DNA of 43,109 nucleotides from Candidatus Micrarchaeia archaeon (GTDB lineage: Archaea; Micrarchaeota; Micrarchaeia; CABMEP01): contig JAVZCX010000003.1 in assembly GCA_038874185.1 (NCBI GenBank), positions 1 through 43,109 of the forward strand, written 5' to 3'. Shown piece after piece: positions 28,091-36,765 of the stretch. The position numbers were made by a program, and so were the translations under genes. The notes beneath the pieces are model-generated. The model was not told the origin of the DNA. It searched no databases and saw only the letters and a list, made by a program, of their open reading frames with translations. Position 1 is the stretch's first letter; every line of letters begins with the position of its first letter.

Positions 28091-29533
28091 TTGAAATTAA
28101 ATTTTATTGAACCAATAATTCCATTTCTTCCAGAAGTTAAAAATCCAGACAGGCCTTTAGGCTTAAATCAAAAGATATTCTGGACCCTTCTTGTACTTAT
28201 TCTGTATTTCACTATGTATCACATTGTTCCTTTTGCAGGTGAGCTTAAAGGAGGAACTTTTCTTGAATTCATTCAAACTGTTCTTGCAAGCAAAACAGGA
28301 ACGTTATTGACAATCGGTATTGGTCCAATAATTCTTGCATCAATCTTTTTGCAGCTTTTTGCAGGAGCAAAGCTTATTGAGTTTGATCCGCATGATCCTG
28401 CTGACAAGAGAAGATTCAGCGCAACCCAGAAGGTTCTTGCGATAGCGCTTTCAATAGTGGAGGCAGCATTGTTTGTAATCCCTGGAGTTTACGTTGGCCC
28501 AGATCCAAACTTTCCATCCGCATCCCTTGCAATGGGATTGATAGTAGCGCAGATCGCATTTACATCCATACTTTTGATATTCCTAGATGAAGTAGTTTCA
28601 AGATATGGAATTGGCTCTGGAATTTCATTATTCATCGCAGCAGGAGTTTCATTGGCAGTTGTGCAAGGTAGCATCTCATTAATATTCGGAGGCCATGGAA
28701 TAGATCCTGCACAGACGGTTCTTGGAAGATTAGCTGTAGGAGGTTCAGGTGCAATCCCATCTGCGCTCATAGCATTGTTGCCGATTGTATTTATGTTTGT
28801 CATAATAGGTCTTTCAGTATATGCAGAGGGAGTTAAAGTTGAAATTCCTTTGACATTCAGAGGATTTGGAACACGCTTCCCAGTGAAGCTTCTTTACGTT
28901 TCAGTTCTTCCAGTTATTCTTACATCAGCATTGCTAATGAATATCCAGCTTTTGTCAAGAGCTTTGCTTTACAACCACAGCTTTATGATAGGTGAGACAG
29001 ACATAATACCTTACATCGGATTGGTAGACGCAAATGGACAGTTGAGAGATGGAATTCTTTACATGATTTCACCTATAACAAACCCATTGTATGTTGGTTC
29101 TTATGAAGGTTATATAGCTACAATTTCAGGTTCAACTCCTTTGTTTGGAATACCAGAGATCGTACACATCTTGATCTATCTTATTGTTTATGTTACATTG
29201 TGTGTTATTTTTGGAAGGTTCTGGATGGAGGCATCAAATATGTCTGCATCTGCTGTCGCAGAGCAGATAACACAGACAGGCCTTTCTATCCCTGGCTTCA
29301 GGTCTGATCCAAGAATTATCGAGCAGCTTCTTGATAAGTATATAACAACTATTGCAATACTTGGAAGCATGTTCGTAGGTTTCCTTGCAGTGCTTGCAGA
29401 CCTTACTGGTGCAATAGGAACTGGAACAGGAATTCTTCTTACAGTTGGAATAATATCCAAGTTCTATGAAGATTTCAAGCAACAGAACCTTCTTGAAATG
29501 TATCCAGGAATTACAAAATTCTTGAAAGGTTAA
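28091..29533 (+). CDS. secY: Preprotein translocase subunit SecY
   Basis: LPEV, GIGPIILASI, GIGSGISLFIAAG, IPGFR, GTGILLTV; TTG start after GAGGTG. Confidence 0.98.
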   Translation: MKLNFIEPIIPFLPEVKNPDRPLGLNQKIFWTLLVLILYFTMYHIVPFAGELKGGTFLEFIQTVLASKTGTLLTIGIGPIILASIFLQLFAGAKLIEFDPHDPADKRRFSATQKVLAIALSIVEAALFVIPGVYVGPDPNFPSASLAMGLIVAQIAFTSILLIFLDEVVSRYGIGSGISLFIAAGVSLAVVQGSISLIFGGHGIDPAQTVLGRLAVGGSGAIPSALIALLPIVFMFVIIGLSVYAEGVKVEIPLTFRGFGTRFPVKLLYVSVLPVILTSALLMNIQLLSRALLYNHSFMIGETDIIPYIGLVDANGQLRDGILYMISPITNPLYVGSYEGYIATISGSTPLFGIPEIVHILIYLIVYVTLCVIFGRFWMEASNMSASAVAEQITQTGLSIPGFRSDPRIIEQLLDKYITTIAILGSMFVGFLAVLADLTGAIGTGTGILLTVGIISKFYEDFKQQNLLEMYPGITKFLKG

Positions 29534-29579
29534 TCGCTTTAATATATTGAAAATCTTCTCTTTATAGGCGGTGCGATAA

Positions 29580-30170
29580 ATGATTGTTATAATGGGACTT
29601 CCTGGAGTCGGGAAGTCTACAATTCTCAGAGAGCTAATAAAGAAAAATAAAAAAATTTCAGTACTAAATTATGGAGACATTGTTTTAAGGTTTGCAAAAA
29701 ATCAATTTAATGTAACAAATAGAGACGAAATCAACAATCTGCCAGAATCACAGCATAAAAAAATTCAGAATTTAGCAATATCTGAAATAAATTCTATAGA
29801 AAAAAAAGAATCAAAAATTGGACGTATACTTTTTCTTGACACCCATGCTGCTCTAAAAAAGCCCTCGGGCTATATGCCTGGATTGTCATACGAACTTCTT
29901 TCTTCAGTGCCTATCGATGCGTTTATTTTTATAGACGCCCCAACCAATGAGATTCTTGAAAGAAGGGAATCGGATGTTAGCAGAAAACGCCCAACTTTCA
30001 CTGCCAATGACATCAATGCTCTTCGCGAGGTTTCTCTTTCGATGATAAATGTTTATTCTGCAGCAACCGGAAAACCTTATTACATTATTATAAATAAAAA
30101 AGGAAAGCTAAAGGAAAGCGTGATGGAATTGGATAGAATTATATCTAAAATTTATTCATGGAAAATATAG
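29580..30170 (+). CDS. adkA: Archaeal adenylate kinase
   Basis: GLPGVGKST, NYGD, LDTH, GYMPGL, RRESDVSRKR; follows secY. Confidence 0.93.
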   Translation: MIVIMGLPGVGKSTILRELIKKNKKISVLNYGDIVLRFAKNQFNVTNRDEINNLPESQHKKIQNLAISEINSIEKKESKIGRILFLDTHAALKKPSGYMPGLSYELLSSVPIDAFIFIDAPTNEILERRESDVSRKRPTFTANDINALREVSLSMINVYSAATGKPYYIIINKKGKLKESVMELDRIISKIYSWKI

Positions 30171-30209
30171 AGATATCTATAAAAGACATATGTATCTTTA
30201 TTTTTACTC

Positions 30210-30326
30210 ATTTCAAAATATTTTTATATTTCAAAAGATTTTTATATTCTGTTTGCATTTATATTATGTCATGCTTTATATTATGTCATGCTTATACATC
30301 TATATTCAAGTACATCTACATTCAAG
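30210..30326. repeat. Three consecutive short tandem doublets (18-, 17- and 16-bp periods)
   Basis: ATTTCAAAA(T/G)ATTTTTAT x2; TTTATATTATGTCATGC x2; TACATCTA(T/C)ATTCAAG x2. Confidence 0.8.
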
Positions 30327-30384
30327 TTGTTCGATGGTTTAATTATGATAAATCTTAAAAATCTGAGGTAAAAGGTGGATTTAT

Positions 30385-30870
30385 ATGGATACGTCAGTTA
30401 TGATAATAATTTCAGTTACTGCTGTAATATCATCGTTTGCAATAACATATGTTCTTAAAAAATTGAACATTTCGACAAGGATGCAGGAAATACAAAAATT
30501 TAACAACGAATTGAATAAGGAATATTTCAAGGCATTGGCAAAGAAAGATATGAAAAAGCTCGATGAACTTGAGCCTAAGCTGAAGGAGTCCCAGAAAAAT
30601 TCCTTTGAGCTTCTCAAGCTTCAATTCATGTCTTTAGCAATTCTTCTTCCATTTGCAATGCTAGTTCCCCCCTTTATCCAATCTTCGTTCTCTAATTTCA
30701 CAATAACGCTTCCATTTCAGATCCCAGTTCCATTTAGGCCCACCTTATTTAGTGTTACATTTAGAGATACATTCGGTGCATACGGTTGGTTCTGGCTTTC
30801 ATTTATTTTCCTAGGAGGTTTCGCCCAGCTTTTAGTAGGTAAAATTAAAGGTAAAGAAAAGAAGAATTGA
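30385..30870 (+). CDS. DUF106 / EMC3-TMCO1 (Oxa1 superfamily) membrane protein
   Basis: TM, coiled coil, TM, then GAYGWF TM; conserved position after adk. Confidence 0.85.
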   Translation: MDTSVMIIISVTAVISSFAITYVLKKLNISTRMQEIQKFNNELNKEYFKALAKKDMKKLDELEPKLKESQKNSFELLKLQFMSLAILLPFAMLVPPFIQSSFSNFTITLPFQIPVPFRPTLFSVTFRDTFGAYGWFWLSFIFLGGFAQLLVGKIKGKEKKN

Positions 30871-30920
30871 CATCATTTTAAATCCAATTTTCTAAATGTT
30901 TTCCAAAGAGAGGAGATTGT

Positions 30921-31445
30921 ATGGTTGAAATAATCTGTATAAGCGGATTGGTTGGATCAGGAAAGGATACAGTAGCAGATCTTGTTGCGAAAAAACTAGG
31001 TTTCAATAGAGTAAAGCTTTCATTCAAGGATGCAGCAAAGCAGATGGGCATATCTCTTATGGAGTACCATGCTTATGTTGAGAAAGACCTTACTATCGAC
31101 AGAGAATTTGACAAGATGGTTTCAAAGGAGGCAAGGAAAACAGACTCAGTAATCTCGACTTGGTTAGGCCCATGGCTTCTGCCAGAGGCAAAATTAAGAG
31201 TCTGGTTGTCTGCTTCTCAAAAGGTAAGAGCTGAAAGGATTTCTATAAGGGATGGAATGGGACTAAGACAGGCAATGAAGCACGTTCAAGAGAGAGACAA
31301 TCATAATAGAGGAAGATACCTTGCATTGTATGGAATAGATATTTTCGTACATTCAAATTTCGATCTTGAGATAAATACAGAGAAATTTACACCCGAGCAG
31401 ATCGCAGAGATCGTTGTAGCAGCATACAAGTCAAGGAAAAAATAA
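30921..31445 (+). CDS. cmk: Cytidylate kinase, archaeal type
   Basis: ISGLVGSGKDT, IDREFD, VRAERI..R, RYLALYGID, FDLEINT. Confidence 0.92.
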   Translation: MVEIICISGLVGSGKDTVADLVAKKLGFNRVKLSFKDAAKQMGISLMEYHAYVEKDLTIDREFDKMVSKEARKTDSVISTWLGPWLLPEAKLRVWLSASQKVRAERISIRDGMGLRQAMKHVQERDNHNRGRYLALYGIDIFVHSNFDLEINTEKFTPEQIAEIVVAAYKSRKK

Positions 31446-31539
31446 TATAATAATCGAGAGGTCAAATACTAATCTTTTTAAATTTAAACAGTCAATAATT
31501 GTTAGTATTTTTAATGCAGTTATACAATATATATCTCAT

Positions 31540-31688
31540 GGGCCCATAGCTCAGCCTGGATAGAGCGGCAGCCTTCTAAGAAACTCTTTTAAGAAAAGAG
31601 TTTCATCAGAGGGTTTTTGATGAAACTTTCTTAAAGGGAAAGTTTCGAAGCAAGCTGAAGGTCGAGGGTTCGAATCCCTCTGGGCCCG
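31540..31688 (+). tRNA. tRNA-Arg(UCU) with 74-nt canonical 37/38 intron (31579-31652)
   Basis: Acceptor GGGCCCA/TGGGCCC, D arm GCTC/GAGC, anticodon TCT 31575-31577, T arm GAGGG-TTCGAAT-CCCTC; BHB with CTTC/GAAG helix and bulges TA^A and CA^A; CCA not encoded. Confidence 0.96.
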
Positions 31689-31722
31689 CTTAGTCAATCT
31701 GAATGGCATCCGAGGTGGTTTT

Positions 31723-31986
31723 ATGCCTAAGAACGATAAAGAACAGAAAATTTCCCAGATAATATCACTTATTGATCTTATGCTCGAAGACATGAGCGTC
31801 CCAAGAAATGTAAAGAAAGCAATTGAGGATGCAAAAAAGAGATTGACGGAGAAAGGAGACCCGACAATCAGAGCAGGAGCAGCTATTTATTACATTCAAG
31901 AAATAAGCGAAGATATAAACCTTCCTCAGCATGCAAGAACCCAGGTATGGCAGATTCTTTCTGCATTAGAATCTATTTCTAATTAG
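31723..31986 (+). CDS. UPF0147 family protein
   Basis: DMSVPRNVK, EISEDINLPQHARTQVWQILSALE. Confidence 0.92.
   Translation: MPKNDKEQKISQIISLIDLMLEDMSVPRNVKKAIEDAKKRLTEKGDPTIRAGAAIYYIQEISEDINLPQHARTQVWQILSALESISN
31886..31982. repeat. Repeat A copy 1 (97 bp, 3' end of the UPF0147 gene)
   Basis: Matches 33597-33693 with one mismatch (C31957/T33668). Confidence 0.97.
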
Positions 31987-32068
31987 TTTTATTTTCTAAC
32001 TAGATTATTCCTATAATTTATAATTTATAATTTTTTTAATCTTGACCTTATTCTCTCCATCCTTTATT

Positions 32069-33409
32069 CTATTTTTTGATTCCAAATTCCATTGTCTGTA
32101 CTGTTCCTTTTTCACGATAATAAGCTACTGTTATTCTTTCTTCCGCTATTTTTTTGCCTGTTTTTTTCTTTTTTCCTTTATTTTCTTCTTCAATATTCAG
32201 GCTATACTTTGTAAAACTGTCTTCTGGTGCATAAACATAAGGTACACTTGCTGCAGATGCCATTATATTTGCCAGAGATCTTGTGCTTTGCTCATTTCCA
32301 GTTGAACAGGAGATGAGCGCAATAAAGCTGTTTTTATCTTCTTTATCAATCATGCTTCCTATCTTAGACATAATGTCATAGTCGCTGACATCAAAAAGAG
32401 AGTAAGGCTTATCTTCCTTTCCTAATTTTACTCTTGTTGGCTCTCCATGCCCTGCGATAAAAATCCCATTGAAAGAGCCATGTTTCTTGTACATTTTTTC
32501 AATCATTAGCATGAGTTCAACATCACTACTTGCCTCTACTGCGATGGTCTTTCCATATTTGCTTAATGCATCGTTATGCTTTGAGTCGCCGTAGAATGCA
32601 CCGTTGTGGTCAGAATAAGAATAAGCGAATATAAAAATTCTCTCCTTTTTCTTTTCCTTTTTACTATTTTCACTTCCCTCTTTTTCAGTTTCACTGCCCA
32701 TAGTGCTTTTTGCATAGTTATATAGCTGCAAAATGAATCCTGAGGAATGCCTTCCGAAATGTGTTATATTGTATTCTTCTTTTATTGCGGGCACCATTTC
32801 AACAATATTCTTTCTTAATTCTATGAAATCCTTAATTTCTGAATTGGATATCAAGTGAATGACTTCTCCTGCAGCAATTGCTTTCTGTTCAGCATCTTTA
32901 TATTTTTCAGTTAGTTTCTTTACCGCATCCACAGTTTCTTTCTCATTAAAAATCTTCATTATCTCTTTCATTTCCCTCCTATTCTTTCTTATCCCAAGCC
33001 TTCCTATTCTAAAAACAATTTCATCCAACCCACATATACTTTCATAATTGGGAATTATTTTTTTCATCTCTTCAGTTTGGATGTAATGAACAGCTGCATT
33101 AATCTCACTTTTAATTTTATCATCAGAAAGATTTGCAATTCCACTCAATAGCTGTGCTTTAATTTTTGAATCGGTCTCTAATTTGTCAATAGTGTCAATA
33201 ACCTTCAAAAGCAGTTCTTTATCCTTAGTATTCAATAAAATTTTTGTTAGATTTATTTGTGATGAAACCCATCTTTCACTTTTTTTCAGAAATTCCTGTA
33301 TCTTTCTAATTTCATTTTCATTTGCTTTTATGTTTGCTGATTCAAATACTTTCTTTGCTTGTTCTAAATAAATATCTTGTTTTATTGGTTCTATTGCCAG
33401 CTGAGCCAT
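32069..33409 (-). CDS. Helical N-terminus plus caspase-fold (DUF4347/CHAT-like) His-Cys domain, paralogue 1
   Basis: EYNITHFGR, YSYSDHNGAFY, FIAGHG, IALISCSTG. Confidence 0.7.
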   Translation of the reverse strand: MAQLAIEPIKQDIYLEQAKKVFESANIKANENEIRKIQEFLKKSERWVSSQINLTKILLNTKDKELLLKVIDTIDKLETDSKIKAQLLSGIANLSDDKIKSEINAAVHYIQTEEMKKIIPNYESICGLDEIVFRIGRLGIRKNRREMKEIMKIFNEKETVDAVKKLTEKYKDAEQKAIAAGEVIHLISNSEIKDFIELRKNIVEMVPAIKEEYNITHFGRHSSGFILQLYNYAKSTMGSETEKEGSENSKKEKKKERIFIFAYSYSDHNGAFYGDSKHNDALSKYGKTIAVEASSDVELMLMIEKMYKKHGSFNGIFIAGHGEPTRVKLGKEDKPYSLFDVSDYDIMSKIGSMIDKEDKNSFIALISCSTGNEQSTRSLANIMASAASVPYVYAPEDSFTKYSLNIEEENKGKKKKTGKKIAEERITVAYYREKGTVQTMEFGIKK

Positions 33410-33483
33410 AATATTCTTTATTGTTAAGAGTATTTAATCTTTCTTTTTTCTGAACCTAACCGCTAGCTATTTTTCTAAAACAT

Positions 33484-33601
33484 AATCACTAGAAGCGAAC
33501 TTAGACAAGATATAAAAATACATAGCTGCAATAACATAATATTCTTTTGTGACACTGCGTCTTATGCGCGTGTTTTGATGCGTAAGCATCAGTGATTTTA
33601 T
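33484..33601. repeat. Repeat B copy 1 (118 bp, extra copy of the DP1 promoter/leader)
   Basis: Matches 35158-35275 with one mismatch (A33539/G35213). Confidence 0.97.
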
Positions 33602-33693
33602 TACATTCAAGAAATAAGCGAAGATATAAACCTTCCTCAGCATGCAAGAACCCAGGTATGGCAGATTTTTTCTGCATTAGAATCTATTTCTAA
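33597..33693 (+). pseudogene. Repeat A copy 2: start-less 3' fragment of the UPF0147 gene
   Basis: Near-identical to 31886-31982; fused to repeat B through a shared TTTAT. Confidence 0.9.
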
Positions 33694-33701
33694 CTGATTT
33701 T

Positions 33702-35078
33702 TCACTCAGATTTTTCTTTTGATTGATTGGATGGATTTTTTTTAATCAGATCTATGTTATGTATATCATCTACTGTTATTTTTATCCCTTCTTTATCTTT
33801 GTGTATTTCTTTTATTTCCGTTCTTTGGTAATTTTCATTTATGATTTTAGGCTGAACTTGCACTAGTCCACGTATGTAGTTGATAGAGATTTGCTTTTTT
33901 CCTTCGCATTCGACAATTTTGACAGTGTAATCGCTAATAATTGCTGGAGGAGCTATTACTTTTACTCCTGTAAATTTAGCTAGAAAGTTTGCCATTGAAA
34001 GCACTAGTAGATTACCCTTCTTTAGTTTAATTTCTTCTTCCTTTCCACTTTCACAGGCAATTAATATTATGCTCCTTTCTGGATTCTCTTCATTCATTGA
34101 ATCTCCAATATTTTTCATTATGTCCACATCACTTACATTTAGGAGGGATGATAGGGAAAAGTCATCTTCTAGTTTAAGACCCAGTGGGCTTCCATGAGCA
34201 ACTATAAATAAATGATCGATTTTTCCAAATTTTTGACTCGTTTTCTTAATCATTTCTTCTAATTCATAGTCGTGTTTTGCCTCGATGGCTATAACAGTTC
34301 CATGATTCAGAAGTTCATCTATTTGCTTTGAAAGCTTATAGAATGCATTATTGGAATCACTATAAGAATATACATAAACATAGAGAGGAATTTTTTCTTT
34401 TTCCATAGATGAAGAGATAGAAGATAGATGAAGATATTCTAGAAATTTGGCTGAAAATCTTCCGAAATGAGTTATATTATATTCATTTTTAATGGTTTTT
34501 AATATCTCGGGCAGCTTAGTCCTTATTTTATCAAAATCTTCTTCTTTAGAATTATCAATAAGCCAAACGATCTCTTTTATGAGCTCTGGAATCTCTTCTA
34601 TATTTTTTTCTTTTAGAATTGTTCTAATCATTGTTATTGTTTCTTTTTCACTCAATTTGTCGATTATCCTGTAGCTATTTTGAGTATTAGTTACGATTGC
34701 ATACTCAAAAATAGCACCTATGAGAGCATTAGCTGTAACTATTATTCTTTTTTCTGACTGCATGAAATAATCTGTAGCCTCTCCACTTGCAGAAGTTATT
34801 TCTTCTTTAGTACAATTCATCACTACTTCAATTATTTTTGTCAGGAAAATTTTATCCTGGGTTAAATCCTTCATATTTTTAGAAATTGCTATCAAGCAGA
34901 AAAGGTCAGAAAGTAGTTCCAATTCTTTATCTGACTTTGAGGTGTTTAAAAAAGATGAGATGTTAGTATATCTTTCACCAACGCTTGCTTGATTAAGTAT
35001 TTCTTCTTTGACTCCTCCCATCCTTCTCCAACTATCCAATCTCTTATTTTCCTTTTCTTTTTTTATTTCTTTGTACAT
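33702..35078 (-). CDS. Helical N-terminus plus caspase-fold (DUF4347/CHAT-like) His-Cys domain, paralogue 2
   Basis: EYNITHFGR, YSYSDSNNAFY, FIVAHG, IILIACESG; start uncertain (first ATG at 35078). Confidence 0.7.
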   Translation of the reverse strand: MYKEIKKEKENKRLDSWRRMGGVKEEILNQASVGERYTNISSFLNTSKSDKELELLSDLFCLIAISKNMKDLTQDKIFLTKIIEVVMNCTKEEITSASGEATDYFMQSEKRIIVTANALIGAIFEYAIVTNTQNSYRIIDKLSEKETITMIRTILKEKNIEEIPELIKEIVWLIDNSKEEDFDKIRTKLPEILKTIKNEYNITHFGRFSAKFLEYLHLSSISSSMEKEKIPLYVYVYSYSDSNNAFYKLSKQIDELLNHGTVIAIEAKHDYELEEMIKKTSQKFGKIDHLFIVAHGSPLGLKLEDDFSLSSLLNVSDVDIMKNIGDSMNEENPERSIILIACESGKEEEIKLKKGNLLVLSMANFLAKFTGVKVIAPPAIISDYTVKIVECEGKKQISINYIRGLVQVQPKIINENYQRTEIKEIHKDKEGIKITVDDIHNIDLIKKNPSNQSKEKSE

Positions 35079-35157
35079 ATATTTTAGACTTTTTTGGAGT
35101 TTAAAAACATTTCCTTTTAACAAAGATAAAGGTTTTTTCTTTTTTCTATTAGATAAA

Positions 35158-35275
35158 AATCACTAGAAGCGAACTTAGACAAGATATAAAAATACATAGC
35201 TGCAATAACATAGTATTCTTTTGTGACACTGCGTCTTATGCGCGTGTTTTGATGCGTAAGCATCAGTGATTTTAT
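35158..35275 (+). promoter_or_regulatory. Repeat B copy 2: PolD promoter and structured 5' leader
   Basis: TATA-like ATATAAAA near 35184-35191; hairpins at 35225-35268 abutting AGTGA and ATG 35274. Confidence 0.75.
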
Positions 35276-36761
35276 GGATATTCAAGAAATCAATCGCCTA
35301 GTCAGGCAGAAGAACAAGCTTCTGAAGCCTGGTGCGGCAGAGGCATTAAAAGAGCTTAAAGACGAACAAATAATAGAGATAATAGAGAAAATAGCAGCAC
35401 TTCCTTCTCCTTTTATTTCAGAAACAGACATAAGAGAACTGACCAACCAGATCAAAAAGCCAGATTTTGTTGAAGTAAAGCGCTCTTCAGATTTTCATCC
35501 TACTGCAAAGGAATATGGCCATGAATTCAGAATTTACGAAGATCATGATATCACGGGAAAATCAAAGTGCAAGGGAGAGCTTGATGATTTTGTAAAATAT
35601 TTCAATGACAGGTACAGGAAAATAAGGGATCTATTTGTATCTAGAACAAATGTGAAATTTCCATTGATTGATATAGAGAAGTTTGGAGATGTGAAGGTTG
35701 GAGACACAGTGAGGGTTATAGGGATAGTTTCTGCAAAAACAATTACAAAGAACAAGCACATAATGCTTCAGATAGAAGATCCAACTGGCCCATTAGCTGT
35801 TCTTGTCCTTAACAACCAGGATAACAAGCAGGTTTTTGAAAAAAGCAACAGGATAGTTAATGACGAGATTCTGGCATTCGACATTAAGAAAGGAACCAAC
35901 CTCAATATTCTTGCAGATGTTACCTGGCCTGATCTTCCATTCAAAGAAAAGAAAAAGATAGAAAAGGAGATGGCTATTGCATTCATATCTGATATACATG
36001 TAGGAAGCTCTCATTTCATGGCAAAGAATTTTGAGAATATGATCAAATGGCTTAACGGTTCAGGCCCGCATAAAGAATTGGCAGAAAAAGTGGGATACTT
36101 GCTTTTAGGCGGTGATTTAGTAGATGGGATAGGCATCTATCCGAATCAGGACAAAGAGCTTACTATAAAAGATGTTTACGAGCAATATAAAGTTCTCAAT
36201 CAGTTCCTAGAGCTTGTGCCAGACCATATAAAGATAATTGCAATTCCAGGAAATCATGATGCAGTAAGGCATGCAGAGCCTCAGCCCTCTTTGGGAGAAG
36301 ACATGCTTGCAAAAGACGGAAGAACATATTCAGTTGGAAATCCTGCATTCATGAATATTGAAGGATTGAAGGTACAGATGTATCATGGTTATACAATGGA
36401 ATCCTTGGTTCAGGATGTTCAAGGATTGTCACTTGCAAGACCTGAAGAGATTGCAATAGAGCTTTTAAAGACAAGAAGCATGTCTCCAATATTCGATAAG
36501 AGTATGATTGTCCCCGAACATCAGGATTATATGTTCATAGAAGAGATAGACATGTTTCTTACCGGTCACATTCATAAGATAGGATATGGGGAGTACAGGG
36601 GTTGTGTGATAATGAATGGAGGAACATGGATTGACAAGACAACTGCATGGCAGTTAAGAAGAGGTTTCAGCCCAACCCCTGCAATAATGGGAATTTACGA
36701 CATGCATAATGCAAGAGTTTCGCATGTTGATTTCTCAACAAGTGAAGTTGCATTTGAGTGA
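35274..36761 (+). CDS. polD1: DNA polymerase D small (proofreading) subunit DP1
   Basis: OB fold plus Mre11-like motifs SDIHVGS, GDLVDGIGIYPNQ, PGNHD, YHG, GHIH. Confidence 0.97.
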   Translation: MDIQEINRLVRQKNKLLKPGAAEALKELKDEQIIEIIEKIAALPSPFISETDIRELTNQIKKPDFVEVKRSSDFHPTAKEYGHEFRIYEDHDITGKSKCKGELDDFVKYFNDRYRKIRDLFVSRTNVKFPLIDIEKFGDVKVGDTVRVIGIVSAKTITKNKHIMLQIEDPTGPLAVLVLNNQDNKQVFEKSNRIVNDEILAFDIKKGTNLNILADVTWPDLPFKEKKKIEKEMAIAFISDIHVGSSHFMAKNFENMIKWLNGSGPHKELAEKVGYLLLGGDLVDGIGIYPNQDKELTIKDVYEQYKVLNQFLELVPDHIKIIAIPGNHDAVRHAEPQPSLGEDMLAKDGRTYSVGNPAFMNIEGLKVQMYHGYTMESLVQDVQGLSLARPEEIAIELLKTRSMSPIFDKSMIVPEHQDYMFIEEIDMFLTGHIHKIGYGEYRGCVIMNGGTWIDKTTAWQLRRGFSPTPAIMGIYDMHNARVSHVDFSTSEVAFE

Positions 36762-36765
36762 TAAT

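Noticed and set aside
27992-30326. Short repeats as a CRISPR array
   Set aside because: Only 2-3 abutting copies, no unique spacers, and no cas genes in the window
30158-30358. 66-aa ORF between adk and DUF106
   Set aside because: Low-complexity F/I/Y composition arising from AT-rich tandem doublets; no family resemblance
31615-31660. TGATGA in the tRNA intron as a C box of an intron-encoded C/D guide, as in tRNA-Trp
   Set aside because: There is no CTGA inside the intron; the nearest lies in exon 2
31540-35275. tRNA-targeted integrative element or provirus
   Set aside because: The duplicated sequences are not the tRNA 3' end, and no integrase, transposase or viral gene is visible
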